Shown piece after piece: positions 11,133 to 20,312 of a DNA stretch of 37,376 bases. The stretch is taken from UHGV virus genome UHGV-0029172, one strand, 5' to 3'. The notes beneath the pieces were generated by a model. It had not been told where the DNA came from and did no database searches. It worked only from the letters and a program-made list of their open reading frames with translations. The DNA comes from a virus. How positions within the stretch are numbered: position 1 is the stretch's first letter; each line of letters opens with the position of its first letter. Made by a program: the position numbers and the translations under genes.

Positions 11133-12311
11133 TTAGCTGTTGACCGATTCGGCCAGATTCACCAGATATTTATCGGTGATACGCTGGCGCAGGGTCAGGC
11201 TTTCCAGTGGTGGAACCGGCGTATAGTCGTAGTCGATATACAGTTTCCCGGCCTTGAGGGTTTCCTTATCGTTCGATTCCTCGTCGAACCAGCATTCACC
11301 GTCCACGATGTAGCCATTTGATTTCAGCTCGCGGAATTTGGCGTTAATACCGTCGACAATGTCACGGATAAGCGATGCGGTGATGGGCTTATCGACCGCC
11401 CACATATGCGCCTCGGCCATCGTGTCGGCCAGCACCTGCGCGGTGCGGGTGTAATTCTCAAACAGGAAAAGCGGGTCATCAGAGCAGGTGCGGTTACCCC
11501 AAAAGCGGAAACCATCCTTACGCACCAGCGTCGTGACCCCGGCCTCGTTAAGCAGGTCAGCATCGGTACCGGATGCCTGCAAATCCCAAAAGACTGATGC
11601 GCTGATGCCGGTGACACCCTGCACGCCAACGTTAGACAGGGTTTTGTGCCAGCCGACAGTCTGGTCGATATAGGCACGCAGGCCGAGCGCGCGGGCGGTG
11701 GCGTAGGCTGATGCGGTGGCGTTCGTGGTGGTGTCCCATGCGAGGAAATCAGGCCAAATAAGCATCAGCTCGCGCTGGCTGAAATTATCGCGATAGGTCA
11801 TCGCCTCGGAAATGGTCTTACAGCCCCATGCGCTGACATAACCAAACGCGCGCAGACTGATACAGACCGACGCGAGCGCGGTGGCGACCTCCTGCGTATC
11901 GAGACCCGGCACGCCGAGAATGCGCGGCTTAACGCCGGTGACCGCTTCGGCGGTCAACAACGCCTTGATACCGGTGTATTTACCGTTCTCATCCGTGCCG
12001 CCGATGATGTTAGAAATGGTCTGCGCTTCGGCGTCTTCTCCGGTACCTTCTGCAACACGCACGACAACGGTGACGGGTTTTGACTGGTCGGCGATGGCCT
12101 GCAGGGAAGCAGACAACGTGCCTTTTTTACCGGCTTTCGCAATGGCGCTCTGCGCATTGGTAATCAGTACCGGCTCATTGAGGGGAAATGTCGCGGCATC
12201 CGCATCGCTGGCCGTACAGACCATGCCGACGATTGCAGTCGCGACCGTAGAAATAACACGCGTTCCGTCATTGATTTCGATGACCTGCGTGCCGTGGTGA
12301 AAATCACTCAT
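11133..12311 (-). CDS. FI: contractile tail sheath protein FI
   Basis: 392-aa ORF, GGAG RBS upstream of ATG 12309-12311. Confidence 0.9.
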   Translation of the reverse strand: MSDFHHGTQVIEINDGTRVISTVATAIVGMVCTASDADAATFPLNEPVLITNAQSAIAKAGKKGTLSASLQAIADQSKPVTVVVRVAEGTGEDAEAQTISNIIGGTDENGKYTGIKALLTAEAVTGVKPRILGVPGLDTQEVATALASVCISLRAFGYVSAWGCKTISEAMTYRDNFSQRELMLIWPDFLAWDTTTNATASAYATARALGLRAYIDQTVGWHKTLSNVGVQGVTGISASVFWDLQASGTDADLLNEAGVTTLVRKDGFRFWGNRTCSDDPLFLFENYTRTAQVLADTMAEAHMWAVDKPITASLIRDIVDGINAKFRELKSNGYIVDGECWFDEESNDKETLKAGKLYIDYDYTPVPPLESLTLRQRITDKYLVNLAESVNS

Positions 12312-12411
12312 CCGGTTAACTCCGTGGTTAGTGGGCGAGTGTTATTGTCCCGACTGGTCTGGTGAGGGGCTATTTGTCGGCGATGGGTAGGGGATGGTAC
12401 ATAAACAAATT

Positions 12412-12437
12412 AAAAAAAAGACGGGCATCAGCCCGCC
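12412..12437 (-). terminator. intrinsic terminator after tail-fibre assembly gene (7-bp stem with one G-U, then T8)
   Basis: Plus strand aaaaaaaagacgggcatcagcccgcc; minus-strand RNA forms hairpin followed by UUUUUUUU. Confidence 0.5.
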
Positions 12438-12442
12438 TTGCT

Positions 12443-13039
12443 TTACTCCGGTTTAACCGGCCACTCGATATCCGGTGCCGTGGAGGTGTCGACCGCGTTC
12501 AGCGCCTGAATGTATTTCATCCATGTAATCAGGCTGGCTTTGTCATCGTCGCTGATGATGCCGAGCTGCAGCTCGGTTTGCCACAGGCTGACAGTTCTTT
12601 GCGCCTCGGCCAGCAATGAGGTTTTTTTCTGTTGAGCTGCTGCAACCTGGCCGCTTTTCTGCGCATCCGCATCTGTAACCCATTCGTTACCATTCCAGCG
12701 GTCATAAGGCGTCAGCGGCTCGATGGTGGTCACATTATCAGGATAATCACCAAGCCCGGTCATCTCGACAGGCTGGCCGGTTTCGGTGTCATACACAGTT
12801 TCGCCCCGGTGGTCGACAACATAATCCCACCCATCAAGGCTGGCCGTGCGGCAAATGGCAAAACCTCCTTTCTCCTCGACCGGCGCATCGGTACAGGCGT
12901 TGGCAGGAATCCCTACGCCCACCGCCAGAAACTCGGTGGAAGTTGACAGAAACTCGCGCGTTTCCCCATCGAAGTTATAAACAGTCATATCACCGGCTTT
13001 TGTGGCAATGCCATTTTTGTTCAGTGTTGCTTTCGCCAT
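12443..13039 (-). CDS. G: tail fibre assembly protein (gpG/Tfa family)
   Basis: 198-aa ORF directly downstream of tail fibre gene with TAATG overlap. Confidence 0.75.
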   Translation of the reverse strand: MAKATLNKNGIATKAGDMTVYNFDGETREFLSTSTEFLAVGVGIPANACTDAPVEEKGGFAICRTASLDGWDYVVDHRGETVYDTETGQPVEMTGLGDYPDNVTTIEPLTPYDRWNGNEWVTDADAQKSGQVAAAQQKKTSLLAEAQRTVSLWQTELQLGIISDDDKASLITWMKYIQALNAVDTSTAPDIEWPVKPE

Positions 13040-14061
13040 TATGCCGCCCTCACGATGTAATTAAATGCGATGCTGCGCGGTCGTGTTTCAGCGCCGCCGG
13101 TATTACCGATTCGCCCCCGCGTATGCAGAGTGGGCGATGCAATGAGACTGCCGGGTGAACCAGCATCCAGCCCTCGCCCCTGAGCATATGTAGATTTTAC
13201 AATCACCCCAAGTTCCCACTCATCTGACGATTCATAATCAGTATTTGAGACTACATAGTGACGGTGCTTTTCCAGCATGCCCGCCGCCCACCCAAGCAAC
13301 GCCTGAGAAGAATTAATCCCGCGTCCGTCATCCCAGCCACGGATAAACTCACCACGTAAATCAGGTAAATTTCCCGACGGAAATACTGCAGCCAGCCCCG
13401 GATATTTCACCTTATCAAATGCCGCGCCGTTGCATTTCAGCCAGCCTGTCGGCGGTGTTGCTGACGGGAAAGGAAGTGGCACACCTACTGGCGTATATTT
13501 CGCAATATCGGCAATTTGCAGGTACTGCGGGTGCGGGTTAGCAGCGGCGAGGTGTGCGGCCAGCAGACTATCGGCATAGGCTTTCACCTCGATAATCTTA
13601 TCGTCAACATACTGACGCGTTGCCAGTACGACCGACGGGTCAATTTTCAGGGTGATAGCCGACGTGCTCGACACAATCAGAATCATGCGGATGGTCTGCG
13701 TGCGGCCGCTGCCCTCCTGCAGTTGCGGCTTGTACGTTTCCGGGCAGTTCGCCACGGCAATAAGTACACCGGCATCGTCATAAAGACCAATCTCGCGGAT
13801 CCAGAATCCACCCTCATTCTCGGGAATAATCTGTTCCGCGATAATCTGGCTGGTATTGGCCGGGTCAACGGTCAGCAGGTTCAGCGACGCGATGCGCTTC
13901 TGGTTAATGAGCTTAGTCTGCGCCGGGTCAGGGGTCGGCAGCGTACCATTTGCATCACCGACGGCCATCTGCGTCAGGTTGAGTTTGGTACCGAGTGCCG
14001 CCGCGTTCGCCAGCCGCGCCGCGCCCTGATTGGTCAGAATGGCAAAATATTTTGCGGTCAT
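13039..14061 (-). CDS. H: tail fibre protein (short; conserved N-terminal baseplate-attachment region, C-terminal collar-like motif LPDLRGEFIRGWDDGRG)
   Basis: 340-aa ORF; N-terminus MTAKYFAILTNQGAARLANAA...MAVGDANG resembles P2 gpH N-terminus (recalled). Confidence 0.75.
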   Translation of the reverse strand: MTAKYFAILTNQGAARLANAAALGTKLNLTQMAVGDANGTLPTPDPAQTKLINQKRIASLNLLTVDPANTSQIIAEQIIPENEGGFWIREIGLYDDAGVLIAVANCPETYKPQLQEGSGRTQTIRMILIVSSTSAITLKIDPSVVLATRQYVDDKIIEVKAYADSLLAAHLAAANPHPQYLQIADIAKYTPVGVPLPFPSATPPTGWLKCNGAAFDKVKYPGLAAVFPSGNLPDLRGEFIRGWDDGRGINSSQALLGWAAGMLEKHRHYVVSNTDYESSDEWELGVIVKSTYAQGRGLDAGSPGSLIASPTLHTRGRIGNTGGAETRPRSIAFNYIVRAA

Positions 14062-14666
14062 GCGTTCACTCTCAGGTTATCAATCAAATGGATGGCCGAG
14101 GCCGGGTAATATTCACCGCCGACGATAATTTCCTCGGGGGTGTAGGGGTAAACGGTCAGCGCGTCGCCGTCGTAACATCCCGCGCCGACATACAGCTCGC
14201 CGGTCGCACTCAGGCTGATAGCCAGCCCCGTCAAATGACGGCTTGCCGGTTTGGCGTCTTCAATCAGGCGCTCAAGCTCCTGATACATTTCGTCAGTGAT
14301 GCCGCTGTCGAGCACACCGACAACGAGGCGGAATGTGCCTGGCTCCTCGTCGAGCTGCCACCACTCGCGCACCTCAATCAGAAAGCCGAGCGGCTCAACC
14401 ACCCGACGCAATGCGCTGATGGTGCCTTTGTGCTGATGGACGAAAAACGAGGAAGCACAGACGCTGCGCTTTGTCGCCTCCGGCCACTTCTCATCCCACC
14501 TGTCGACCGACAGCGCCCACGCCAGATACGGCAGCAGGTTTACCGGGCAGGTGCGCCAGTTCCACAGGGCGCGCAGCGGTACCGGCACGCGCTGAATCTC
14601 AGAGAGCGCGACAGCGGCGGCAACCTCCAGCGGCGACGAGCCAACGGGTAACAGTCGGTCACTCAT
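14058..14666 (-). CDS. I: baseplate/tail protein I
   Basis: 202-aa ORF, position as P2 gpI; ATGA overlaps neighbours. Confidence 0.8.
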   Translation of the reverse strand: MSDRLLPVGSSPLEVAAAVALSEIQRVPVPLRALWNWRTCPVNLLPYLAWALSVDRWDEKWPEATKRSVCASSFFVHQHKGTISALRRVVEPLGFLIEVREWWQLDEEPGTFRLVVGVLDSGITDEMYQELERLIEDAKPASRHLTGLAISLSATGELYVGAGCYDGDALTVYPYTPEEIIVGGEYYPASAIHLIDNLRVNA

Positions 14667-15567
14667 CCGAGCCCCCGATAGTTATCTGGTACTCGGTGCA
14701 GTTCGACGCCTGCGACTTACTCAGCACAATGTCAGCCTGCGGTGATGCCAGCTCGACACGCTGCACCCCCTCAACATGCAGCGCCGCGTAAATGGCCGAC
14801 AGACGGATATCGCGCCCGAGGCGGTGCTGCGCGCTGATGTAGCTCTGCAGCTTCTGCTCTGATGCCTGCCTGATAGGTTCAGATTCGGGGCCGGGGTAAA
14901 CGTAGAGCGTCGCGTCAATCTGGTACGGCACAATCTCGGCTGACTGGACGGTCACCCGGTCAGCCACCGGGCGCACATCTTCGGCGTTCAGCGCCTTATC
15001 AACAATCGCCAGTAAATCAGGACTGGCGGTGCCGTCACCCTCCCGGGATAACACTGTAATCGTCACGCAGGCTGGCGACGGGCTTGCGACCGACACGTCA
15101 GCGACCCGCCCGTCGGCACTGCGACAGTGATACTCATATGCGCCGACAGGACCCGCCACGCTCAAGCCTTCAAACGCCTGTTGCGTACGCAAACGCAGAT
15201 CGGTATCGGATTCCATAACGGCAGGTGTCGGCGGAATGGTGGTGTCATCCGCCGGGGTGATGGTCAGGCGTTCGGTATTGTTGTTCCCTGCCACGACGTC
15301 GAGGTCGTTACCGGCGGAATAGGCCAGCGTCACCGCCTGCGCGGCTTCGTTCACCCGCTGACGCCAGATAACTTCACGGTAGGCGTTTTCCTGCAGCAGC
15401 TTAACAATCGGCTCCGACTCAAGCGCGAGCGTCCGGGCAATGGCCTCCTGCTGGTCTTCTGGATAAAGCGAAATCAGCGTCGCGATGCGTTCCGCAAGGA
15501 TGGTTTCATAGTCCAGTTCCTCAACCACATCGGGAACGGGTAACTGACTCAAGTCAACGGTTGCCAT
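14659..15567 (-). CDS. J: baseplate assembly protein J
   Basis: 302-aa ORF, position as P2 gpJ. Confidence 0.85.
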   Translation of the reverse strand: MATVDLSQLPVPDVVEELDYETILAERIATLISLYPEDQQEAIARTLALESEPIVKLLQENAYREVIWRQRVNEAAQAVTLAYSAGNDLDVVAGNNNTERLTITPADDTTIPPTPAVMESDTDLRLRTQQAFEGLSVAGPVGAYEYHCRSADGRVADVSVASPSPACVTITVLSREGDGTASPDLLAIVDKALNAEDVRPVADRVTVQSAEIVPYQIDATLYVYPGPESEPIRQASEQKLQSYISAQHRLGRDIRLSAIYAALHVEGVQRVELASPQADIVLSKSQASNCTEYQITIGGSDE

Positions 15568-15573
15568 AGTGAT

Positions 15574-15921
15574 TTAACTCAGTGAAACAGTGGTTGAAAC
15601 TGACGCACCGGTATCGGTACGCATCCCGGTAATATCGACATACATTTCGCCAGCGCCGCCGGTCTCAAAGCTGATGGCGGTAAGCCTGATGCGCGGTTCC
15701 CACTTCTGAATTGCCGAATAGCACGCCACCATGATTTGCAACCTGAGTGCCGGGTTTTGCGGCATATCAATCAGCGCCGACAAGAGCGAGCCATATTCAC
15801 GACGCATAACCCGCGAGCCGACCGGCGTCAGCAGTATGTCGCGCATGCTCTGGCTGATGTGCTCAGTATCGCTGATGCCAAGGCCGGTATTTCGGTTCAT
15901 CCCCTGATAGCGCGCCGTCAT
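15574..15921 (-). CDS. W: baseplate wedge protein W (GPW/gp25 family)
   Basis: 115-aa ORF, same size as P2 gpW. Confidence 0.85.
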   Translation of the reverse strand: MTARYQGMNRNTGLGISDTEHISQSMRDILLTPVGSRVMRREYGSLLSALIDMPQNPALRLQIMVACYSAIQKWEPRIRLTAISFETGGAGEMYVDITGMRTDTGASVSTTVSLS

Positions 15922-16553
15922 AACGGAGCCCCCGTTTGCCCGCCGCTGTCGCCTGGGTGTTTATGGGTGTGGAGCACCTTGCCATTAGACGACAGTGACC
16001 CGCCGGAATGTTCGATATTGCCTTTCATCGTGCCGCCCTTTTGCACCTCAAGCGTCGCCGTCGTCAGCTTGTTGGTGCAAATCACCTCCGGGGTGTCGAG
16101 TGTGATACTGGTCGAGGCTTTCACCAGTACCAGCGGCACGGTTGCGGTGATGGACTCCGATGCCGTCACGTCGGCAGTTTTGATGCCGCTGACCGTCAGC
16201 GCGCCCGTCTCGGGTTCGTACTCAATGACCGCACCATCAGGGAAAGCCACATGCCACGCATCCGCCGAGGCAGACGGGGCGGGGTTATCGTCGGAAAAAA
16301 TCCCCGGCAGCACGAAAGCGGTATCGAGCTCGCCACCGATTGCCAGCAGCAGAACCTGCTCACCGACCGAGGGAGCCCACCAAGTCCGCGAGCGACCGGC
16401 GCGGGTGGTCAGCCAGTTCAGCCATGTAGTCTGGATTCCGCCACTTTGTACGCGGCACAGCCCCTGCACGGTATCGACCTCAGTCACCACGCCTGAGCGG
16501 ATGAGGTTGCGAATCGCGCGCGCGAGCTCCTGTATCGTGGATAACGTATTCAT
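15918..16553 (-). CDS. V: baseplate assembly protein V (spike)
   Basis: 211-aa ORF, same size as P2 gpV. Confidence 0.85.
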   Translation of the reverse strand: MNTLSTIQELARAIRNLIRSGVVTEVDTVQGLCRVQSGGIQTTWLNWLTTRAGRSRTWWAPSVGEQVLLLAIGGELDTAFVLPGIFSDDNPAPSASADAWHVAFPDGAVIEYEPETGALTVSGIKTADVTASESITATVPLVLVKASTSITLDTPEVICTNKLTTATLEVQKGGTMKGNIEHSGGSLSSNGKVLHTHKHPGDSGGQTGAPL

Positions 16554-16621
16554 AGTGCAAGGATGCCTCTGGTCTGGAGTCGTGCCAATTCGCGCGGCTC
16601 CGGTGGTGATTCACACAATAT

Positions 16622-17071
16622 TTATTTGCCGAGGCGCCTGATAATGACGTCTTCAATCATCTGCTCATCGTCGTGGGTGAAACCGAGCAACGGGCGCGCC
16701 TCGTACTGCACATCCCGGCTGTTGCGGTTTGGCCGGTCTTTGAGCCCGTACTGATGCACCCGCGCCATGCGCTGCACCTTGCCGGTAAACTCCACCACCG
16801 CCGCACTGTCGCTGCCTTTGGCTTTCATAAAGCGACTGGTGCGCAGTTTGGCGAACATTTCACGTTTAATGCGGCCTTTCTTGCTCCGCACCGGCTGGCG
16901 CTTTCGTGCCGCATATGGGGTGCCGTCTGGAGCCTGCTGGCGCTTGATACGCTGTTGCTGACTGGTACGCAGCTTTTTCGCAATCTCAGCCGCCATTTGC
17001 CGACGTGCCGCCGGTGACAGCCTGGCAATCAGACCGGCAAGACGTTCCTGCAGCGCGGTTAACTCACTCAT
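16622..17071 (-). CDS. S: tail completion / virion morphogenesis protein S
   Basis: 149-aa ORF, position as P2 gpS. Confidence 0.8.
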   Translation of the reverse strand: MSELTALQERLAGLIARLSPAARRQMAAEIAKKLRTSQQQRIKRQQAPDGTPYAARKRQPVRSKKGRIKREMFAKLRTSRFMKAKGSDSAAVVEFTGKVQRMARVHQYGLKDRPNRNSRDVQYEARPLLGFTHDDEQMIEDVIIRRLGK

Positions 17072-17540
17072 CCCACTTACTCACCAGTTCGCCGTTAACG
17101 TACAGCTCGACCGGGCGCGTCACCGGCTCAGGCAGCGTCGGCTCAGGGGCATAGCTGACATGCAGCGCACCGTCGACCTCTTTGACGAGCGTGCGCTCGG
17201 TGAGCCTCAGACTGATACTGATATCGAGCGAATCATCGTTATTGATATCAATAATCCAGGTGAATCCTTTTTCCCGCCCGTCGTCGGTGGTCATAATATC
17301 CGGCTGATGTTCACGCAGCCACGCCTGCACCGGCACGAATATCAAATCGAGGTCGCCGGTGAAGTCGGTCACCACCACGTTAAGCACGTACACCTTTTCA
17401 AACGACAGCGAGCTCGCCAGTCGGGAATCGGTATGGCCGTTGTCGGCAAACAGGCGCAGCATATCGGGGTTATTTCGGAGCTGCGGCACGGCATTAATCA
17501 GCGCTTTGCGCAGGCTTTTGTGCTTCTGCATCGAGTTCAT
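17064..17540 (-). CDS. R: tail completion protein R
   Basis: 158-aa ORF, position as P2 gpR. Confidence 0.8.
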   Translation of the reverse strand: MNSMQKHKSLRKALINAVPQLRNNPDMLRLFADNGHTDSRLASSLSFEKVYVLNVVVTDFTGDLDLIFVPVQAWLREHQPDIMTTDDGREKGFTWIIDINNDDSLDISISLRLTERTLVKEVDGALHVSYAPEPTLPEPVTRPVELYVNGELVSKWDE

Positions 17541-17784
17541 CCTGACAGTGTTTGACGGTTTTGACCTGTAGCGCGCAGGCAGTCAGCACGCCCTCAAGAC
17601 GGCGGATATCTGCGCTCAGGTCACCATTGGTTTTCGGGTCACTTCCCGGCATCGGGCAGAGGCTCACCCTCGGGCATCCGCTGACCACAATCACCGGCGC
17701 TGGCGCAGGCGGTGCGGGTGTGCAGCCGACGCACAACGTCAGGCAGAGCAGCGTTATACCAGCGGCGAAAGGCTTCATTTTCAT
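17494..17784 (-). CDS. lysC: o-spanin (Rz1/LysC-like outer-membrane lipoprotein), overlapping lysB and R in another frame
   Basis: Signal peptide ending in LCVGC, followed by Pro-rich TPAPPAPAP; starts inside lysB in a different frame. Confidence 0.7.
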   Translation of the reverse strand: MKMKPFAAGITLLCLTLCVGCTPAPPAPAPVIVVSGCPRVSLCPMPGSDPKTNGDLSADIRRLEGVLTACALQVKTVKHCQDELDAEAQKPAQSAD

Positions 17785-18052
17785 TAAGTAACCTCGTTAT
17801 CGTCTGCTCGCGGCGGCTGGCTTCCTCGCTGGCCTTTGCGAGCTGTTCGCGCAGCACCACCTGCGCGGATTCATTACGTCGGGCGAGCGTACCGGCAACA
17901 CTGAGCTGATTTTTCAGCATGCCAATCGTCGTCTTTTGTTCGCTCGCGACACGGTTTGCCGTCTCAAAGGAGCGGGATAAATTGCCGTTCTCATGGCGCA
18001 GCCACAGCAGGCCGAGCACGGCCAGCACTAACAGCACGGCTAATACTTTCAT
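17639..18052 (-). CDS. lysB: i-spanin (Rz/LysB-like)
   Basis: 137-aa ORF with N-terminal TM helix (VLAVLLVLAVLGLLWL) and coiled-coil-like remainder; ATGA overlap with endolysin stop. Confidence 0.8.
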   Translation of the reverse strand: MKVLAVLLVLAVLGLLWLRHENGNLSRSFETANRVASEQKTTIGMLKNQLSVAGTLARRNESAQVVLREQLAKASEEASRREQTITRLLNENEAFRRWYNAALPDVVRRLHTRTACASAGDCGQRMPEGEPLPDAGK

Positions 18053-18558
18053 TTCACCCCCTGCAGGCAGTAAGCACGCTCACGTTGACGGCGATTTTCG
18101 AGGCCGGTACTACGCTCCCCGTTGACGAACACCCAGCGGGTAAGCTGGTCGCATGCCTGCCACCACTGCTGGCGCTTGAGATACGAGACCAGCGTCGAGC
18201 GACAGGCCGCGCCGGTGCCGACGTTAAAAGAGAAACTGACCAGTGCGTCGTAAACCTGTTGCGGCATGGTGACCGGCACACAGACCGCGAGACGTCGCTC
18301 GGTATTCAGCACGTCGGCGACCAGATTTGCCGCCGCTTCGCGCTCGGTGATATCGCGTTTCGGTACCACCCCGGCAGTGTGGCCGATGCCTGACGTCCAC
18401 ACGCCCGCGCTGCACTGGTAAGGTGTCAGGCGACACCCTTCGAGGTCGGCAATCAGTGCCAGACCATCAGGCGAGGTATTCAGCAGACGAAAATCAGGCA
18501 TCAGTGCCGCCAGCGCCAACACTGCGGCCACACTGCAATGTTTAACGATTGAGCTCAC
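18049..18558 (-). CDS. SAR endolysin (T4-lysozyme-like muramidase with N-terminal signal-anchor-release segment)
   Basis: N-terminal hydrophobic CSVAAVLALAALM then E...D...T motif (LEGCRLTPYQCSAGVWTSGIGHT) like phage 21 R (recalled); apparent GTG start with AAGGGG RBS. Confidence 0.8.
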   Translation of the reverse strand: MSSIVKHCSVAAVLALAALMPDFRLLNTSPDGLALIADLEGCRLTPYQCSAGVWTSGIGHTAGVVPKRDITEREAAANLVADVLNTERRLAVCVPVTMPQQVYDALVSFSFNVGTGAACRSTLVSYLKRQQWWQACDQLTRWVFVNGERSTGLENRRQRERAYCLQGVK

Positions 18559-18763
18559 GGGTCACCCCTTTGTCGATTCCCATTTCGGTCAGATAGCGAA
18601 AGGTTTTGCGTCGGTACCAGAAATTCACCGCCGCCGTAAAAATGGCGCACAGACTACCCACATACAGCGCCAGTTTTTCGGGCGACATTGCCCCGAAATA
18701 GGCAAGCGCCACGGCCAGCCAGTAAGCGATAAACGTGGTGATTTTTTCCATACTCAGTCCCAT
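18542..18763 (-). CDS. holin, two-TMD (pinholin-like)
   Basis: 73-aa ORF with two hydrophobic segments and basic C-terminus, immediately upstream of the SAR endolysin. Confidence 0.75.
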   Translation of the reverse strand: MGLSMEKITTFIAYWLAVALAYFGAMSPEKLALYVGSLCAIFTAAVNFWYRRKTFRYLTEMGIDKGVTRELNR

Positions 18764-18957
18764 AGGTTCAGGGTCTCCGCCGTGGGTGATGTTTCAACGT
18801 CGGGCAGGTCAATCGCCGTGCCATGCGGCAGAATGACGCCCAGCTCAGACAGACCGGGATTAGCCTGCAGCACCACCTCGACCACACCCTCAGTGCGCCC
18901 GTAATACCGGGCGCAAAGCGCGTCAAGGGTGTCGCCCTGCATCGCGTAGACTTTCAT
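18754..18957 (-). CDS. X: tail protein X
   Basis: 67-aa ORF, same size/position as P2 gpX. Confidence 0.8.
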   Translation of the reverse strand: MKVYAMQGDTLDALCARYYGRTEGVVEVVLQANPGLSELGVILPHGTAIDLPDVETSPTAETLNLWD

Positions 18958-19466
18958 CAGAGCTGACCCACGATGCAGCGCGGCTTATCCTGCAGGCGCG
19001 AGACCGACCAGCGCATATCCCGCCACAGGTCATCAATGGTGGTTTCGACGCTGTCGGCTTTTTTGTCACCCTTGCCGGTGGCCTCAACCCCGCGATAACG
19101 CTCATACAGGGTGGCGGTCGCCATCGCCGTCACGGCGCTGAGGTAGTGGAAAACGCGCACATTCTCGCCGTCGATTTCCTCGGCGTCAGGCACGTCGGCC
19201 AGTTGCTTAAACCCTGCAGCAATCTGACGCAGCCGATAGTCGTAAAGCTCCGCATTGGTTTCCGCCATACCGGTCTTGATGGCGTTGCGCAGGCGCGCAT
19301 CGGAAACCGTCTGCTCAAGGCGCATCAGCTCGCGCACGCGCTTCGGATCCACATCAGGGAAAAAGAACGTGTTTTTAATCACTGCGTCGCCCGTCTCCGG
19401 TGCGGGAATCACCACACCCGGTACGTCCTGCGGTTCGTCGGGCTGATTCAGTATTACTGTCGTCAT
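18957..19466 (-). CDS. L: head completion protein L
   Basis: 169-aa ORF, same size as P2 gpL. Confidence 0.85.
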   Translation of the reverse strand: MTTVILNQPDEPQDVPGVVIPAPETGDAVIKNTFFFPDVDPKRVRELMRLEQTVSDARLRNAIKTGMAETNAELYDYRLRQIAAGFKQLADVPDAEEIDGENVRVFHYLSAVTAMATATLYERYRGVEATGKGDKKADSVETTIDDLWRDMRWSVSRLQDKPRCIVGQL

Positions 19467-19558
19467 GACAACCTCATTAGGTTGGGCGGTGGACGCCGGT
19501 CGCCGTCAGGTCTTTGCCTGCTTTGACCGACGTGCCGCCCGGCTCGGGGAGCGTTCAG

Positions 19559-20308
19559 TTAACCGGCGGTTTTTACCGCCTTTGGTGGACGCCCGCGCTT
19601 TACTGCCGGTTTGGTGGCAGGTTTGCGCGTGCGCGGTTTAGTCGTTTTGCGGGGTGCCGTCTCAGGTTTTGGCTTCAATGCGCGATCCAGTCGCTCAATC
19701 TCTTTGCGCACACCGGCATTGCGGTCGAGCTGCATCGCGCGCTGAAACTGCGCCAGCGCCTCGGCATTCTGACCGGCATCGCGCAGGGTCAGGCCAGTCA
19801 CCTTATGCAGACGGGCGCGCACCATATCGGGAACGTCAGCGCCATCGGTCAGGCTGAGGGTGGTCAGCAGGAATGCGAGGTCGACAGGCTCACCGGCATC
19901 GCGCAGGCGCAGCGCGGCAAGTGCCACCTCCTCAACCAGCATGTAAGGCGTGGTGCGACGATGGTCAGAGGTGAGGCCGTATTTCAGCGCGTAGGGCGCA
20001 ATTTCCAGCGCGCCAGCCACGTCACCAGCATCGAGACGCCACAGCATGACAGTCATAACAATGTCATCCTGCGCGCCACGGCCATCAGCCAGCACACCGG
20101 CGACCCACGGCGCATAGAAAGGCAGCAGCTCGCGCTTTTTCTCGGCCTTGCGTTCGTTTGAACGGATGTTTTTTAACGTGCGGCGGTCTTCGGCCAGCTT
20201 TACCAGCATCTGTTCGTAGGCGGATGCATGGCGCAGCGGGGCTTTTTCCCGCTGCGCGGCTTGAGAGGCCGAGACCCGCATCATGTGACGCTGTGCGGGG
20301 CTCGTCAT
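19559..20308 (-). CDS. M: terminase small (endonuclease) subunit M
   Basis: ORF 19559..20404; start moved to ATG giving MTSPAQRHMMRVSA... as in P2 gpM (recalled); basic Pro/Lys-rich C-terminus. Confidence 0.85.
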   Translation of the reverse strand: MTSPAQRHMMRVSASQAAQREKAPLRHASAYEQMLVKLAEDRRTLKNIRSNERKAEKKRELLPFYAPWVAGVLADGRGAQDDIVMTVMLWRLDAGDVAGALEIAPYALKYGLTSDHRRTTPYMLVEEVALAALRLRDAGEPVDLAFLLTTLSLTDGADVPDMVRARLHKVTGLTLRDAGQNAEALAQFQRAMQLDRNAGVRKEIERLDRALKPKPETAPRKTTKPRTRKPATKPAVKRGRPPKAVKTAG

Positions 20309-20312
20309 GGGC

